Below are positions 14,089 through 25,350 of a stretch of 64,000 bases of DNA, in pieces (within the stretch, counting starts at the first letter, position 1; every line of letters begins with the position of its first letter). A program made the position numbers and the translations under genes. The stretch lies in NCBI GenBank assembly GCA_965235115.1, contig OZ249436.1:1986001-2050000 (forward strand), in the 5' to 3' direction. The notes beneath the pieces are model-generated. The model did not search any database, was not told the DNA's origin, and saw only the letters and a program-made list of their open reading frames with translations. Origin of the DNA: Laetmonice hystrix. Taxonomy: Eukaryota.

Positions 14089-15249
14089 TTGCCGTGCCTG
14101 ACCCAGGCCGATGGGGGCCTGGCTGTGTGTATTGGAGACTGGTGAAGCGGAGATGATGGTTCTGTCACATCACCGATGAGCCTATTGACATGTATGGTCG
14201 AAGCGGGCCACCAGGCACCACAGTCTACGCTATTACCGCTTCTGTGGCTAAACTACCACTTATGTCATTATTCCGTCTCTGGACTGTCACAGAACGAGAC
14301 AGTTCTTTTGGATTGGCTAGGGTTATTCCATCATCGTACCATTCCCACAGAATTAAAGGCACGGGTAAAGGTTTAAAAAAGGTAAACACGATAATGTGCA
14401 GAAAGTATTGAAAAACACTTCTACTTCTAATATAAACATCTGGTTGTTGTTCAACATATCACAGATAACAAGTGAGGGATAGTCCACGGCCCACCAATGG
14501 CTTCGCCCTCGGCGTATAACCTGCAGGGAGACATGAGGGGTGGCCGTGGTCTATCTCACTTAGTCATCACGTTGGCAGTTGGAGAAATAAATGGCGAACA
14601 CCCCTAAATGACGCTGGGCTCGTTGGTCCAGTTGAATATATTTGGATCTTGGACTCGTCCGAGTGGCCCAGACCGACCATAGAAAGTCAAGTACCGTGAC
14701 CGGTGTGACCACCACCTTTTCATGGTGGTGCCAACGATCAACCTTGACCGCTTTCTGCTTTAAGTTGGAATAAAAATAGACAATTTCTTGCACGTGGTTT
14801 CGCAGCGCCTCTAGTGAGCTGTATCAGAAGACGAGTCCGTGTGGGTCCGGATCTCTGTAAAGATCCAGTAGAAACACCATGATAGACATACCGATAGTAT
14901 AGTTTGTGTCGCTGCAAGGATACTGACCTAAACCAGCCACGGTGGAGCTGAAAACAAACTTTGTAAATCATGCCTAGGGCAAGGCTGGGTAACAGCGGGT
15001 TATTTGTCCCCCCTTGCTCTTTAAAATTGATGAAAAGAGTTGATAAGGGATAACCTTGTAGAAAATCGTTTTCCTGTGTAGTTCTTATGTGTTGATTTAA
15101 ATTTGTTCGAGATTCAAGTTCTTTTAATTTTGTTTCCTTTTTTGATCGTGTTTTCACGTTTGTTTGGTCGGCCAGCTGTGATTGGTTGTTCTAAGTTGAT
15201 TCAGTCCAGTCTTTATTATTGACCGACTGACGTCTGATTGGCTGACCTT

Positions 15250-15594
15250 GGTGGATCCTTTGATTGCTTGTGGTAATCCTTGATTGTTTTTTTGGTGTAT
15301 CCATGATTGGGGAGTTATGTATCCTTGATTATTTTGATGGATCTTTGATTGTTTTTGGTGGATCATTGATTGTATTTGGTGGATCTTTGATTGTTTTTGG
15401 TGGATCCTGGATTGTTTTTGGTGGATCCTTGATTGTTTTTGGTGGATCCTGGATTGTTTTTGGTGGATCCTGGATTGTTTTTGGTGGATCCTGGAATGTT
15501 TTTGGTGGATCCTGGATTGTTTTTAGTGGATCATTGATTGTTTTTGGTGGATCCTGGATTGTTTTTAGTGGATCATTGATTGTTTTTTTGTGGA
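15250..15594. repeat. Diverged minisatellite, 21-bp unit, ~12 clear copies plus degenerate left edge
   Basis: Unit ggtggatcctggattgttttt. Confidence 0.92.
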
Positions 15595-16627
15595 TTCAGA
15601 ATTGGGTGGGACTAGTGGTGTGGAAACAGTAGCAGGCAAATGACACACAGCTGATCATATGGTCATTTCACAGAACAGAGTGAGCAGGTGAGTTTCAAGG
15701 CAGCTGGTGGCAGAAGGCTCAGCTGGTATGGTAGCGGATCCTTGAACCTATCTGTAAGCCTTGCTGCCAAATAACTGGTGTCCTTCTACAATTAACATGC
15801 CGGCCAATGTGCCTTGGCAATTCTTAACATAAGTACTTGGGCGGGGATGACCAGAGCTGTGCACTCGACGGGTCCAGCACGCCCAGAGACCAATGTGGAT
15901 GTTGTGTGGGATGAGGGTCTCTCATGCTGCATCAGGCGGCGGCCGGACGGCGGCCGGACGGCGGCCGGGCGGCTAGCAGTCAGCGCTTGTCAGCAACCAT
16001 GAACACCGCCATAAACTAGGTCATCAATATATAGAGCTTTTCATCGATTTTAGGGTGTACTACAAGAGCGTCGATCTAGTATATGCATATAATAGTAGTT
16101 AGTGGAGATAGACTGAGCGGAAAGCTTTGTCCTTGATATTGTTGAGACGTGGTTTGGGGGTCATACCCATGTTTTAGTGGAGGGTTTTTATACCGATTAA
16201 AGTCCCAGACATCGCCGGAAATACTCCAGATAGGCAGGCGTCACTTAGATCGACAAGAAGATCTGCAGTATTTGTAGAATGGTGTTTGTAGTTTTGTGAC
16301 CTTTTCGTATGCTTGGTTTGATGAAAGATGAAGAAACAGTTGTACTACTGTTGATAATGTGAAATGTCTAGATTTCAAAGTCTAGCTGACTAGAAGTCAA
16401 GATGGTAAAGGCAAAGACCAGGCTGTGCCGTGACTATGGATCCTTTTTGTCGATACTTTGTGCAACTAGAAGGAAACGATAATCGATTTGAGATTCGTGT
16501 GAATATTTATAGTACCTTTATGTAGTACATCAAAGCAACAAGGCCTAGGCAGGATAATAGCAATGACAACTTTTTATATAAAGCCTGCCATGATTGAAGG
16601 TCTGACTAGTAGGCCTATCGGAATGAA

Positions 16628-18311
16628 CATTGCTGACTGTATTGACTGTCGTCCCCTGTTAAAGTCATGCTCCCCACATTGCTGACTGTAATGACTGTCG
16701 TTCCCTGTTAAAGTCATGCTCCCCACATTGCTGACTGTATTGACTGTCCCCTGTTAAAGTCATGCTCCCCACATTGCTGACTGTATTGACTGTTGTCCCA
16801 TGTTGAAGTCATGCTCCCCACATTGCTGACTGCATTGACTGCATGCTCCCCACATTGTTGACTGTATTGACTGTCGTTCCCTGTTAAAGTCATGCTCCCC
16901 ACATTGCTGACTGTATTGACTGTCGTTCCCTGTTAAAGTCATGCTCCCCACATTGCTGACTGTATTGACTGTTGTCCCATGTTAAAGTCGTGCTCCCCAC
17001 ATCATGTTGCTGACTGTACTGACTGTCGTTCCCTGTTAAAGTCATGCTCCCCACATTGCTGACTGTATTGACTGTCGACCCCTGTTAAAGTCATGCACCC
17101 CACATTGCTGACTGCATTGACTGTTGTCCCGTGTTAAAGTCATGCTCCCCACATTGCTGACTGCATTGACTGTTGTCCCGTGTTAAAGTCATGCTCCCCA
17201 CATTGCTGACTGCATTGACTGTTGTCCCGTGTTAAAGTCATGCTCCCCACATTGCTGACTGTATTGACTGTTGTCCCGTGTTAAAGTCATGCTCCCCACA
17301 TTGCTGACTGTATTGACTGTCGTTCCCTGTTAAAGTCATGCTCCCCACATTGCTGACTGTATTGACTGTTGTCCCATGTTGAAGTCATGCTCCCCACATT
17401 GCTGACTGCATTGACTGCATGCTCCCCACATTGTTGACTGTATTGACTGTCGTTCCCTGTTAAAGTCATGCTCCCCACATTGCTGACTGTATTGACTGTC
17501 GTTCCCTGTTAAAGTCATGCTCCCCACATTGCTGACTGTATTGACTGTTGTCCCATGTTAAAGTCGTGCTCCCCACATCATGTTGCTGACTGTACTGACT
17601 GTCGTTCCCTGTTAAAGTCATGCTCCCCACATTGCTGACTGTATTGACTGTCGACCCCTGTTAAAGTCATGCACCCCACATTGCTGACTGCATTGACTGT
17701 TGTCCCGTGTTAAAGTCATGCTCCCCACATTGCTGACTGTATTGACTGTTGTCCCATGTTAAAGTCGTGCTCCCCACATTGCTGACTGTATTGACTGTCG
17801 ACCCCTGTTAAAGTCATGCACCCCACATTGCTGACTGCATTGACTGTTGTCCCGTGTTAAAGTCATGCTCCCCACATTGCTGACTGTATTGACTGTTGTC
17901 CCATGTTAAAGTCATGCTCCCCACATTGCTGACTACATTGACTGTTGTCCCGTGTTAAAGTCATGCTCCCCACATTGCTGACTGTATTGACTGTTGTCCC
18001 ATGTTAAAGTCGTGCTCCCCACATTGCTGACTGTACTGACTGTCGTTCCCTGTTAAAGTCATGCTCCCCACATTGCTGACTGTATTGACTGTCGACCCCT
18101 GTTAAAGTCATGCACCCCACATTGCTGACTGCATTGACTGTTGTCCCGTGTTAAAGTCATGCTCCCCACATTGCTGACTGTATTGACTGTTGTCCCATGC
18201 TAAAGTCGTGCTCCCCACATTGCTGACTGTATTGACTGTCGTTCCCTGTTAAAGTCATGCTCCCCACATTGCTGACTGCATGTATTGACTGTCGTCCCCT
18301 CTTAAAGTCGT
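16628..18311. repeat. Minisatellite, 49-bp unit, ~35 copies, with a 576-bp higher-order duplication
   Basis: Unit cattgctgactgtattgactgtcgttccctgttaaagtcatgctcccca; identical ORFs at 16760 and 17336. Confidence 0.96.
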
Positions 18312-18664
18312 AAAATTGAGATCTAACATACAGAGATATAGCGCCTAAACCGTGCCATTAATCAGAAATAGTCCGACTAAAATTGAGATCTAACATACAG
18401 AGATATAGCGCCTAAACCGTGCCATTAATCAGAAATAGTCCGACTAAAATTGAGATCTAACATACAGAGATATAGCGCCTAAACCGTGCCATTAATCAGA
18501 AATAGTCCGACTAAAATTGAGATCTAACATACAGAGATATAGCGCCTAAACCGTGCCATTAATCAGAAATGGTCCCACTAAAATTGAGATCAAACATACC
18601 GAGATATAGCGCCTAAACCGTGCCATTAATCAGAAATAGTCCAACTAAAATTGAGATCTAACAT
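18311..18664. repeat. Minisatellite, 67-bp unit, ~5 copies, abutting the 49-bp array
   Basis: Unit taaaattgagatctaacatacagagatatagcgcctaaaccgtgccattaatcagaaatagtccgac. Confidence 0.95.
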
Positions 18665-19333
18665 CATATTGGGCTGAGAAAAACTAACAAGCGACAAGTC
18701 AACCGACAGGGTTGAACTGATTGACATTATGCAGAAACATAACTTTGTCCTGAAATAATTGTCGTCAGAAAATAGGGATTAAACCCATAGCGTGTCATAT
18801 CAGGCTGCCAAACAATTGTGTACTGTTGACCCGGGCATTTGAAAATGTCAAACTCGCTGGGTACAGGGGTTTTATTGGATAGGTTTTATTTTACATGTCA
18901 TATACAGTTTCCATGTAAGATATTTCCGTATCAGTCGAGCCTCGATCCCCTCGCCCTGACTGTAGTCTTATACATAACAGGAATGAAGTGATGAGTGATT
19001 ACAATAATCAACCATTTACAATGGTCTTTGAGAAGTACAACATCACCGTTATACCGTGTTTTAACGTACGGAACTCTATGTAAGGTGTTTTCCAAGTAGG
19101 CCCCTACCCCTGAAATACAGTTCCGAGGGACCTGCAATCCCCGAAATATAGGTCCGACGGACCTGCATTCCTAGAGCTTGAAGTCCTTGATTTTATCATA
19201 AATCTTCATAATCGTCACACTAATCTTAATCGTAACCCTAATCTTAACCTTAATCCATTATGTGTTAATTATAATGTCTAATACCACGAAGTGGGCGACC
19301 TAGTACATGCATACCCAGTGAATCCTGGCCCGA

Positions 19334-19507
19334 CGGACTTACATTGCGGCGGATTTACATTGCGGCGGATTTACATTGCGGCGGATTTACATTGCGGCGG
19401 ATTTACATTGCGGCGGACTTACATTGCGGCGGACTTACATTGCGGCGGACTTACATTCCGGCGGACTTACATTGCGGCGGACTTACATTCCGGTGGACTT
19501 ACATTCC
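19334..19507. repeat. Minisatellite, 16-bp unit, ~11 copies
   Basis: Unit gga(c/t)ttacattgcggc. Confidence 0.93.
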
Positions 19508-21650
19508 TTTCACACCGGGCATTAGGACCTAGTGGAAGCAGCATAGATTTCTAGTGCTCTACAAAGAATATGGCTATGAAGGTTTTTGTATTATTCAAAA
19601 TAAAGCTCCACACATCTTATTATCAAGGACACCGGGCGTCTGCTATGTGTTCCCATGGTGACCGATAAAAATGACATATTTCTGAGAACATTTTCCTTCT
19701 CTATTTCTGATAGATATATATATATGGATAATGAAGAAGGATATTGTGAATAGGGCAGTAGCTAGGCAACAGGAAATGTTCCATTGAGAGCCCTCTGCTG
19801 GTGATGAGGAATTATTAAGGAGCCTGGAGAGGACGTTTAGTAGCGCTCCGGCTAGGCTTTGGTTTTATTGGCTCCAATAACAGTATAATCTACTTCACTG
19901 TTCGTGTAAATCTCTACCGCAATAACTGTAATCTGGCTTCCGTTTTCCTGTCAGCATTCAGGAATAATAAAGAGGTTAGCAAATTACCCATCAGATCCTG
20001 AAAACATCTGGTACATGGGGGTAAATGTCAGGCAGTGTACGCTCTCGGCTAACGTCAGGTGAGGAGGACATGGAATGGACGTCAGAATAAGACCAAGATA
20101 AGTCCGAGCTCGTCCACTTCATGGTGTCAATAGACTTAGGAAAATACATATAGATTAGGAATATGGAATTGACCTTTATTTCCGGTATTGCAGGTCCATC
20201 GGACCTGTATTGTAGGGAGACTTAGAAATCTGATACACGACTTTCCTAACCTCACGGAGGAAAATCTTTGTTGTGTTAAGAAATGCGTGGTGGGTTATTC
20301 TACTCGCGGCGCCGTGTCGAGGATGGGTGAAGTAAAGAGCATCTGTTCAAAGATTTGTTCAGTTAATTTGGTTAGAATGAGGTAATCATAGTCTCGATCT
20401 GGGGCTGGGGGTGTTTCAGCCCCAAGTCCTGTTTTTGAGGACCAAAGTCCCAGATCATCCACCTCCTAAGTTACTCCGGCGCAATGACTGACCAGGAGAT
20501 ACACGGGCGTACGGAAACCTTAAAACGAAGACCAGAATGAGAAGATGACGCCTAATTACCGTGAGAAGATGAGAGTTAGCGTGTGCAGGTATTGCTCTGG
20601 GCAGGTATCGGCTGTCTGCAGACAAAGGGAAGGCCAGGTATTGTTAAATGTCACCAGGCCTTGCCCCTGCAGTGTCGGCCGGGTCCGCGGGGAGGGGGGG
20701 GGGTGCTGTCCGGGGGGAGGCGTGCGGCCGCCGATCCGTACTGTACTGTGTGCATGCCACGAGCCACCACTCCGAACTTAAAAAGTACATTATTCCGCGT
20801 GAAGGAATCTGTTTGTGATAATGACAGGAGCGTAACTACGGCACGGACTGGGTGTCTAACAGACCGGCTCCTTTGTCTGCTCATCTGGAAAGTTCACTCT
20901 TAATTATTGACCATTCTGACCTTGTTTTGTCTGCTTGCAGAAGTCTTTTTGTCATTTTCTGTTGTAGATTGCTTCAGTTTTTAAAATATTGACGTTTGAT
21001 TTCAAAGAGGTTGTGTTTACTGTAAGAGTCACTAACTTTCATCAGATGACCTTCGGTACGTTAAAGGTCACTCGGCTCAGTAAAGTGAAACATCAGATCT
21101 TTCCTTTGTTGTCACGAACTAATCATTTATGATATGCCATCATGTTTTTCTAAGTTCGATATTGTTGGAGATAGATGAACTACAGAGTAATAGGTAGATG
21201 AAATACAGCAGGCCGTGGCAGTGGCTTCAATAGCTAGGTCGGTATCAAGTCAGTTTGACAATAAGAGTTATAAGTAACTTTCTAATATCTTGTACATGAG
21301 GGACAATAGCGAGGAATGACATCCATATTGACATGTATGGCAAGGATACGGCAGGTTATTTGTGTGAAACTTGATGCATTGCATCAGGTTGTGGAAGTCA
21401 TTATGAGTTCGCATACCCTGTGTGAGAATGGTAGAATCATTAGGTTAACAACAGCCATATAAAGTTTCATTGTAATACAATACTACAGGAGTAATCATTG
21501 CTCCGCACGAAGATCATCTCCTCTGTGTTGTTATAAGCCTTGTAAACCGCTACTGTGCCGAATATTACCTTAGTTATACCTGGGGCATTGGTCATGATAT
21601 TGAGAACCGACTAGTAAAGTTGCGAATTAAAAAAAATAATTCTGGAGGGA

Positions 21651-21860
21651 GTTTAGGCGAATTGTTAGTTGATGTACATTGATGTTTACCATAGTGCCAG
21701 GGTGTACTGGGGACAAAGTAGTTTAGTCGAATTGTTAGTTGATGTACATTGATGTTTACCATAGTGCCAGGCTGTACTGGGGACAAAGTAGTTTAGGCGA
21801 ATTGTTAGTTGATGTACATTGATGTTTACCATAGTGCCAGGGTGTACTGGGGACAAAGTA
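21651..21860. repeat. Tandem repeat, 70-bp unit x3
   Basis: gtttaggcgaattgttagttgatgtacattgatgtttaccatagtgccagggtgtactggggacaaagta at 21651, 21721, 21791. Confidence 0.95.
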
Positions 21861-21879
21861 CCGGTTTAAACAACCAGCG

Positions 21880-22045
21880 TCATATCAATACGGTCAGTTT
21901 TACTGGTGGAGGAAACTGGAGTACCCAGGGAAAACTATCTAACCGTCAGCAACTGACAGCTCCATGACGATTCCAACCCAGAGGTGAGAGGCGGTGTGCT
22001 GACGTGCTGGAGCCTCAGTCCGCTCAACCACCGCACCCCACGGTC
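21880..22045 (-). mobile_element. Decayed tRNA-derived SINE with V-domain core
   Basis: Minus strand reads ...ggtgcggtggttgagcgg (A-box-like)...cctctcacctctgggttggaatc (B-box-like, cf. GTTCGAATC)...gttttccctgggtactccagtttcctccaccagtaaaactg. This matches from memory the V-SINE core GGTTTTCTCCGGGTACTCCGGTTTCCTCC. Confidence 0.75.
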
Positions 22046-23356
22046 TGTAACCGAGAACACAAGCTGTGGCTGGCAGACGGTCAGGAAATAGTTCTAGTAC
22101 TGACGTGCTGGAGCCTCAGTCCGCTCAACCACCGCACCCCACGGTCTGTAACCGAGAACACAAGCTGTGGCTGGCAGACGGTCAGGAAATAGTTCTAGTA
22201 CTGACGTGCTGGAGCCTCAGTCCGCTCAACCACCGCACCCCACGGCCTGTAACCGAGAACACAAGCTGTGGTTGGCAGACGGTCAGGAAATAGTTCTAGT
22301 ACTGACGTGCTGGAGCCTCAGTCCGCTCAACCACCGCACCCCACGGTCTGTAACCGAGAACACAAGCTGTGGCTGGCAGAGGGTCAGGAAATAGTTCTAG
22401 TACTGACGTGCTGGAGCCTCAGTCCGCTCAACCACCGCACCCCACGGTCTGTAACCGAGAACACAAGCATGCTGTGGCTGGCAGAGGGTCAGGAAATAGT
22501 TCTAGTACTGACGTGCTGGAGCCTCAGTCCGCTCAACCACCGCACCCCACGGTCTGTAACCGAGAACACAAGCTGTGGCTGGCAGAGGGTCAGGAAATAG
22601 TTCTAGTACTGACGTGCTGGAGCCTCAGTCCGCTCAACCACCGCACCCCACGGTCTGTAACCGAGAACACAAGCTGTGGCTGGCAGAGGGTCAGGAAATA
22701 GTTCTAGTACTGACGTGCTGGAGCCTCAGTCCGCTTAACCACCGCACCCCACGGTCTGTAACCGAGAACACAAGCTCAGCGGACTGAGGCTCCAGCACGT
22801 CAGTACTAGAGAACACAAGCTGTGGCTGGCAGAGGGTCAGGAAATAGTTCTAGTACTGACGTGCTGGAGCCTCAGTCCGCTCAACCACCGCACCCCACGG
22901 TCTGTAACCGAGAACACAAGCTGTGGCTGGCAGAGGGTCAGGAAATAGTTCTAGTACTGACGTGCTGGAGCCTCAGTCCGCTCAACCACCGCACCCCACG
23001 GTCTGTAACCGAGAACACAAGCTGTGGCTGGCAGAGGGTCAGGAAATAGTTCTAGTACTGACGTGCTGGAGCCTCAGTCCGCTCAACCACCGCACCCCAC
23101 GGTCTGTAACCGAGAACACAAGCTGTGGCTGGCAGAGGGTCAGGAAATAGTTCTAGTACTGACGTGCTGGAGCCTCAGTCCGCTCAACCACCGCACCCCA
23201 CGGTCTGTAACCGAGAACACAAGCTGTGGCTGGCAGACGGTCAGGAAATAGTTCTAGTACTGACGTGCTGGAGCCTCAGTCCGCTCACCCACCGCACCCC
23301 ACGGTCTGTAACCGAGAACACAAGCTGTGGCTGGCAGACGGTCAGGAAATAGTTCT
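21999..23356. repeat. Minisatellite, 101-bp unit, ~13 copies, overlapping the SINE 5' head
   Basis: Unit ctgacgtgctggagcctcagtccgctcaaccaccgcaccccacggtctgtaaccgagaacacaagctgtggctggcagacggtcaggaaatagttctagta; ORF starts recur every 101 bp. Confidence 0.96.
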
Positions 23357-23784
23357 CCATCAGTTCAGACACGGCCATTCTCAGTGTTGTTTGTCAGATT
23401 TTGAATATTAGACTTTTTGTGACATATAAAATATGCCATATCTGTTTCATAGTTTCCAACGAAAGCGCTGATGTAAGCGTTAATTTTAATGAAGACCATG
23501 CTGCTGCTATGGGCTGTCCTTTTTCATGATTCTCTTTAGTCAGGAGAATGAAAGTGAATATCTGGTAAAGGTGTGTCGATGTAGGTGCAATTATTGTAAT
23601 TATTTGATTACCCGATGATAACGTGACGTCATCTTGTGTGGTGATTCTAGGAAGGGGGAATACAAGTGTCTAACATCGAGAATAGAATTTAGTTTTCTTG
23701 GCCGACTTACTTAGACCATATTTCCGATTAGAGAACATTTAACATTCTGAGATATTTACAAATCCAAGATATTTCACACAAAAA

Positions 23785-24093
23785 AGAGTAGTACAAAGAT
23801 AGAAATGGAAAGTAAGAAAGTCATCTCCTACCAACCGACAAGTAATGATGGGACATGAAACCATAACACCATCTTTACATTACAGAGTAGTACAAAGATA
23901 GGAATGGAAAGTAAGAAAGTCGTCTTCTACCAACCGACAAGTTATGATGGGACATGAAAACATAACACTATCTTCACATTACAGAGTAGTACAAAGATAG
24001 GAATGGAAAGTAAGAAAGTCGTCTTCTACCAACCGACAAGTTATGATGGGACATGAAAACATAACACTATCTTTACATTACAGAGTAGTACAA
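23785..24093. repeat. Tandem repeat, 99-bp unit x3
   Basis: agagtagtacaa recurs at 23785, 23884, 23983, 24082 with conserved intervening sequence. Confidence 0.94.
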
Positions 24094-25350
24094 TCTAAAT
24101 CTACAACTAGAGACAGGTCACTAAATAGATTGTAGCTAGAAGAAGACGACCAAAGGCAAGCTGGTGGTAGTAAAAGTAAGCTTGTCATTAATTCCCAGTT
24201 TGGGACTGATAATGTGAAGTATAAAGGCAAGCGTCATTCTCCGAGTTGTAAGATTGAAGATTTCATGAGCTGATACGCGACTTTTTCCAACTTTACCAAT
24301 CGTCCTGTCACTCTGACATGGCGAGGAGGTAATGGTTTAACGTCTGAATTCCTCCTTTCACGGCTGGGTGCTGTCGTTTGTTCCAGTTCTAATACTCGCC
24401 ATATTGAGTTGTGAATATCTACCCCGGCCTGGCCACAGTCATCCATAATGAAGGCCCGAGACGGTATTGACTCAATGGGCGCATTATGCAGACATTATGT
24501 AACAAGAGGAAGAGTCTAGCATTATTCACGACTTGATCAATACGTAACTACCGGCCACCAAGGAGACGCTGCCTCTGGTCTCTTGGTACACACGTTAACC
24601 CACAGAGCTGTAAATGACTGTCGGCAATTACTGAGAGCATAGGACCGCTGTGTCAGCTGGCCCCCTCATCCTATAAGTATATTACACTGCTTAAATATTT
24701 ACACGTTCTGTATGCATGCATGTACGCACACGTGTACATGGAAACCCAACACGGGATGTTTCTAAGTCCACACTTGAATTTAGTTGAAACCAGAATTGCT
24801 GATATTTGGTCCCATGCAATAACAAGAACTTTTCTAATCTTTTCCACGTGCGTTGAGACCAAATGAAAGCCTGTGTCATACTTGTAACTACAAAATGTAA
24901 GCCTGTGTCATACTTGTAACGACATAGGACGACTATGAGAAGAACCAAATTTCCATAATATTATGAGCAATCTTTATATATGCCTGCAAGATGTATAATA
25001 TACATATTGTAGAGTAGTAAATAAGATCGGCCTATCATATGGAGATTTATTTATGACTGCTGCATGACCCCAAACCTCATTGACCGGAGTGTGGAGCCTG
25101 TTTTATCAATGTGGTCTGGGTTTATTCACCCTGGAGTGGTGGTGCCGTCATCCATTGTCTATAAGACCATACAGATTTATGTTATCTACTGGCTACATTG
25201 AACATTGATCAACTGACGTTAGCTATCAGGCAACCAAAACAAGGCTAGGATCAGGCTGCTAAGTGTTACATTATGTGTGAATGTCGTGGGCCATTGTCAT
25301 CAGGGACATGTGCAGGCTGCTCGACTCCAGTCCAGTGGTGTGGTTCATGA

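Noticed and set aside
21880..22045. tRNA gene
   Set aside because: The A and B boxes are degenerate, there is no cloverleaf, and a V-domain follows, so it is better explained as a SINE. The same applies at 50109.
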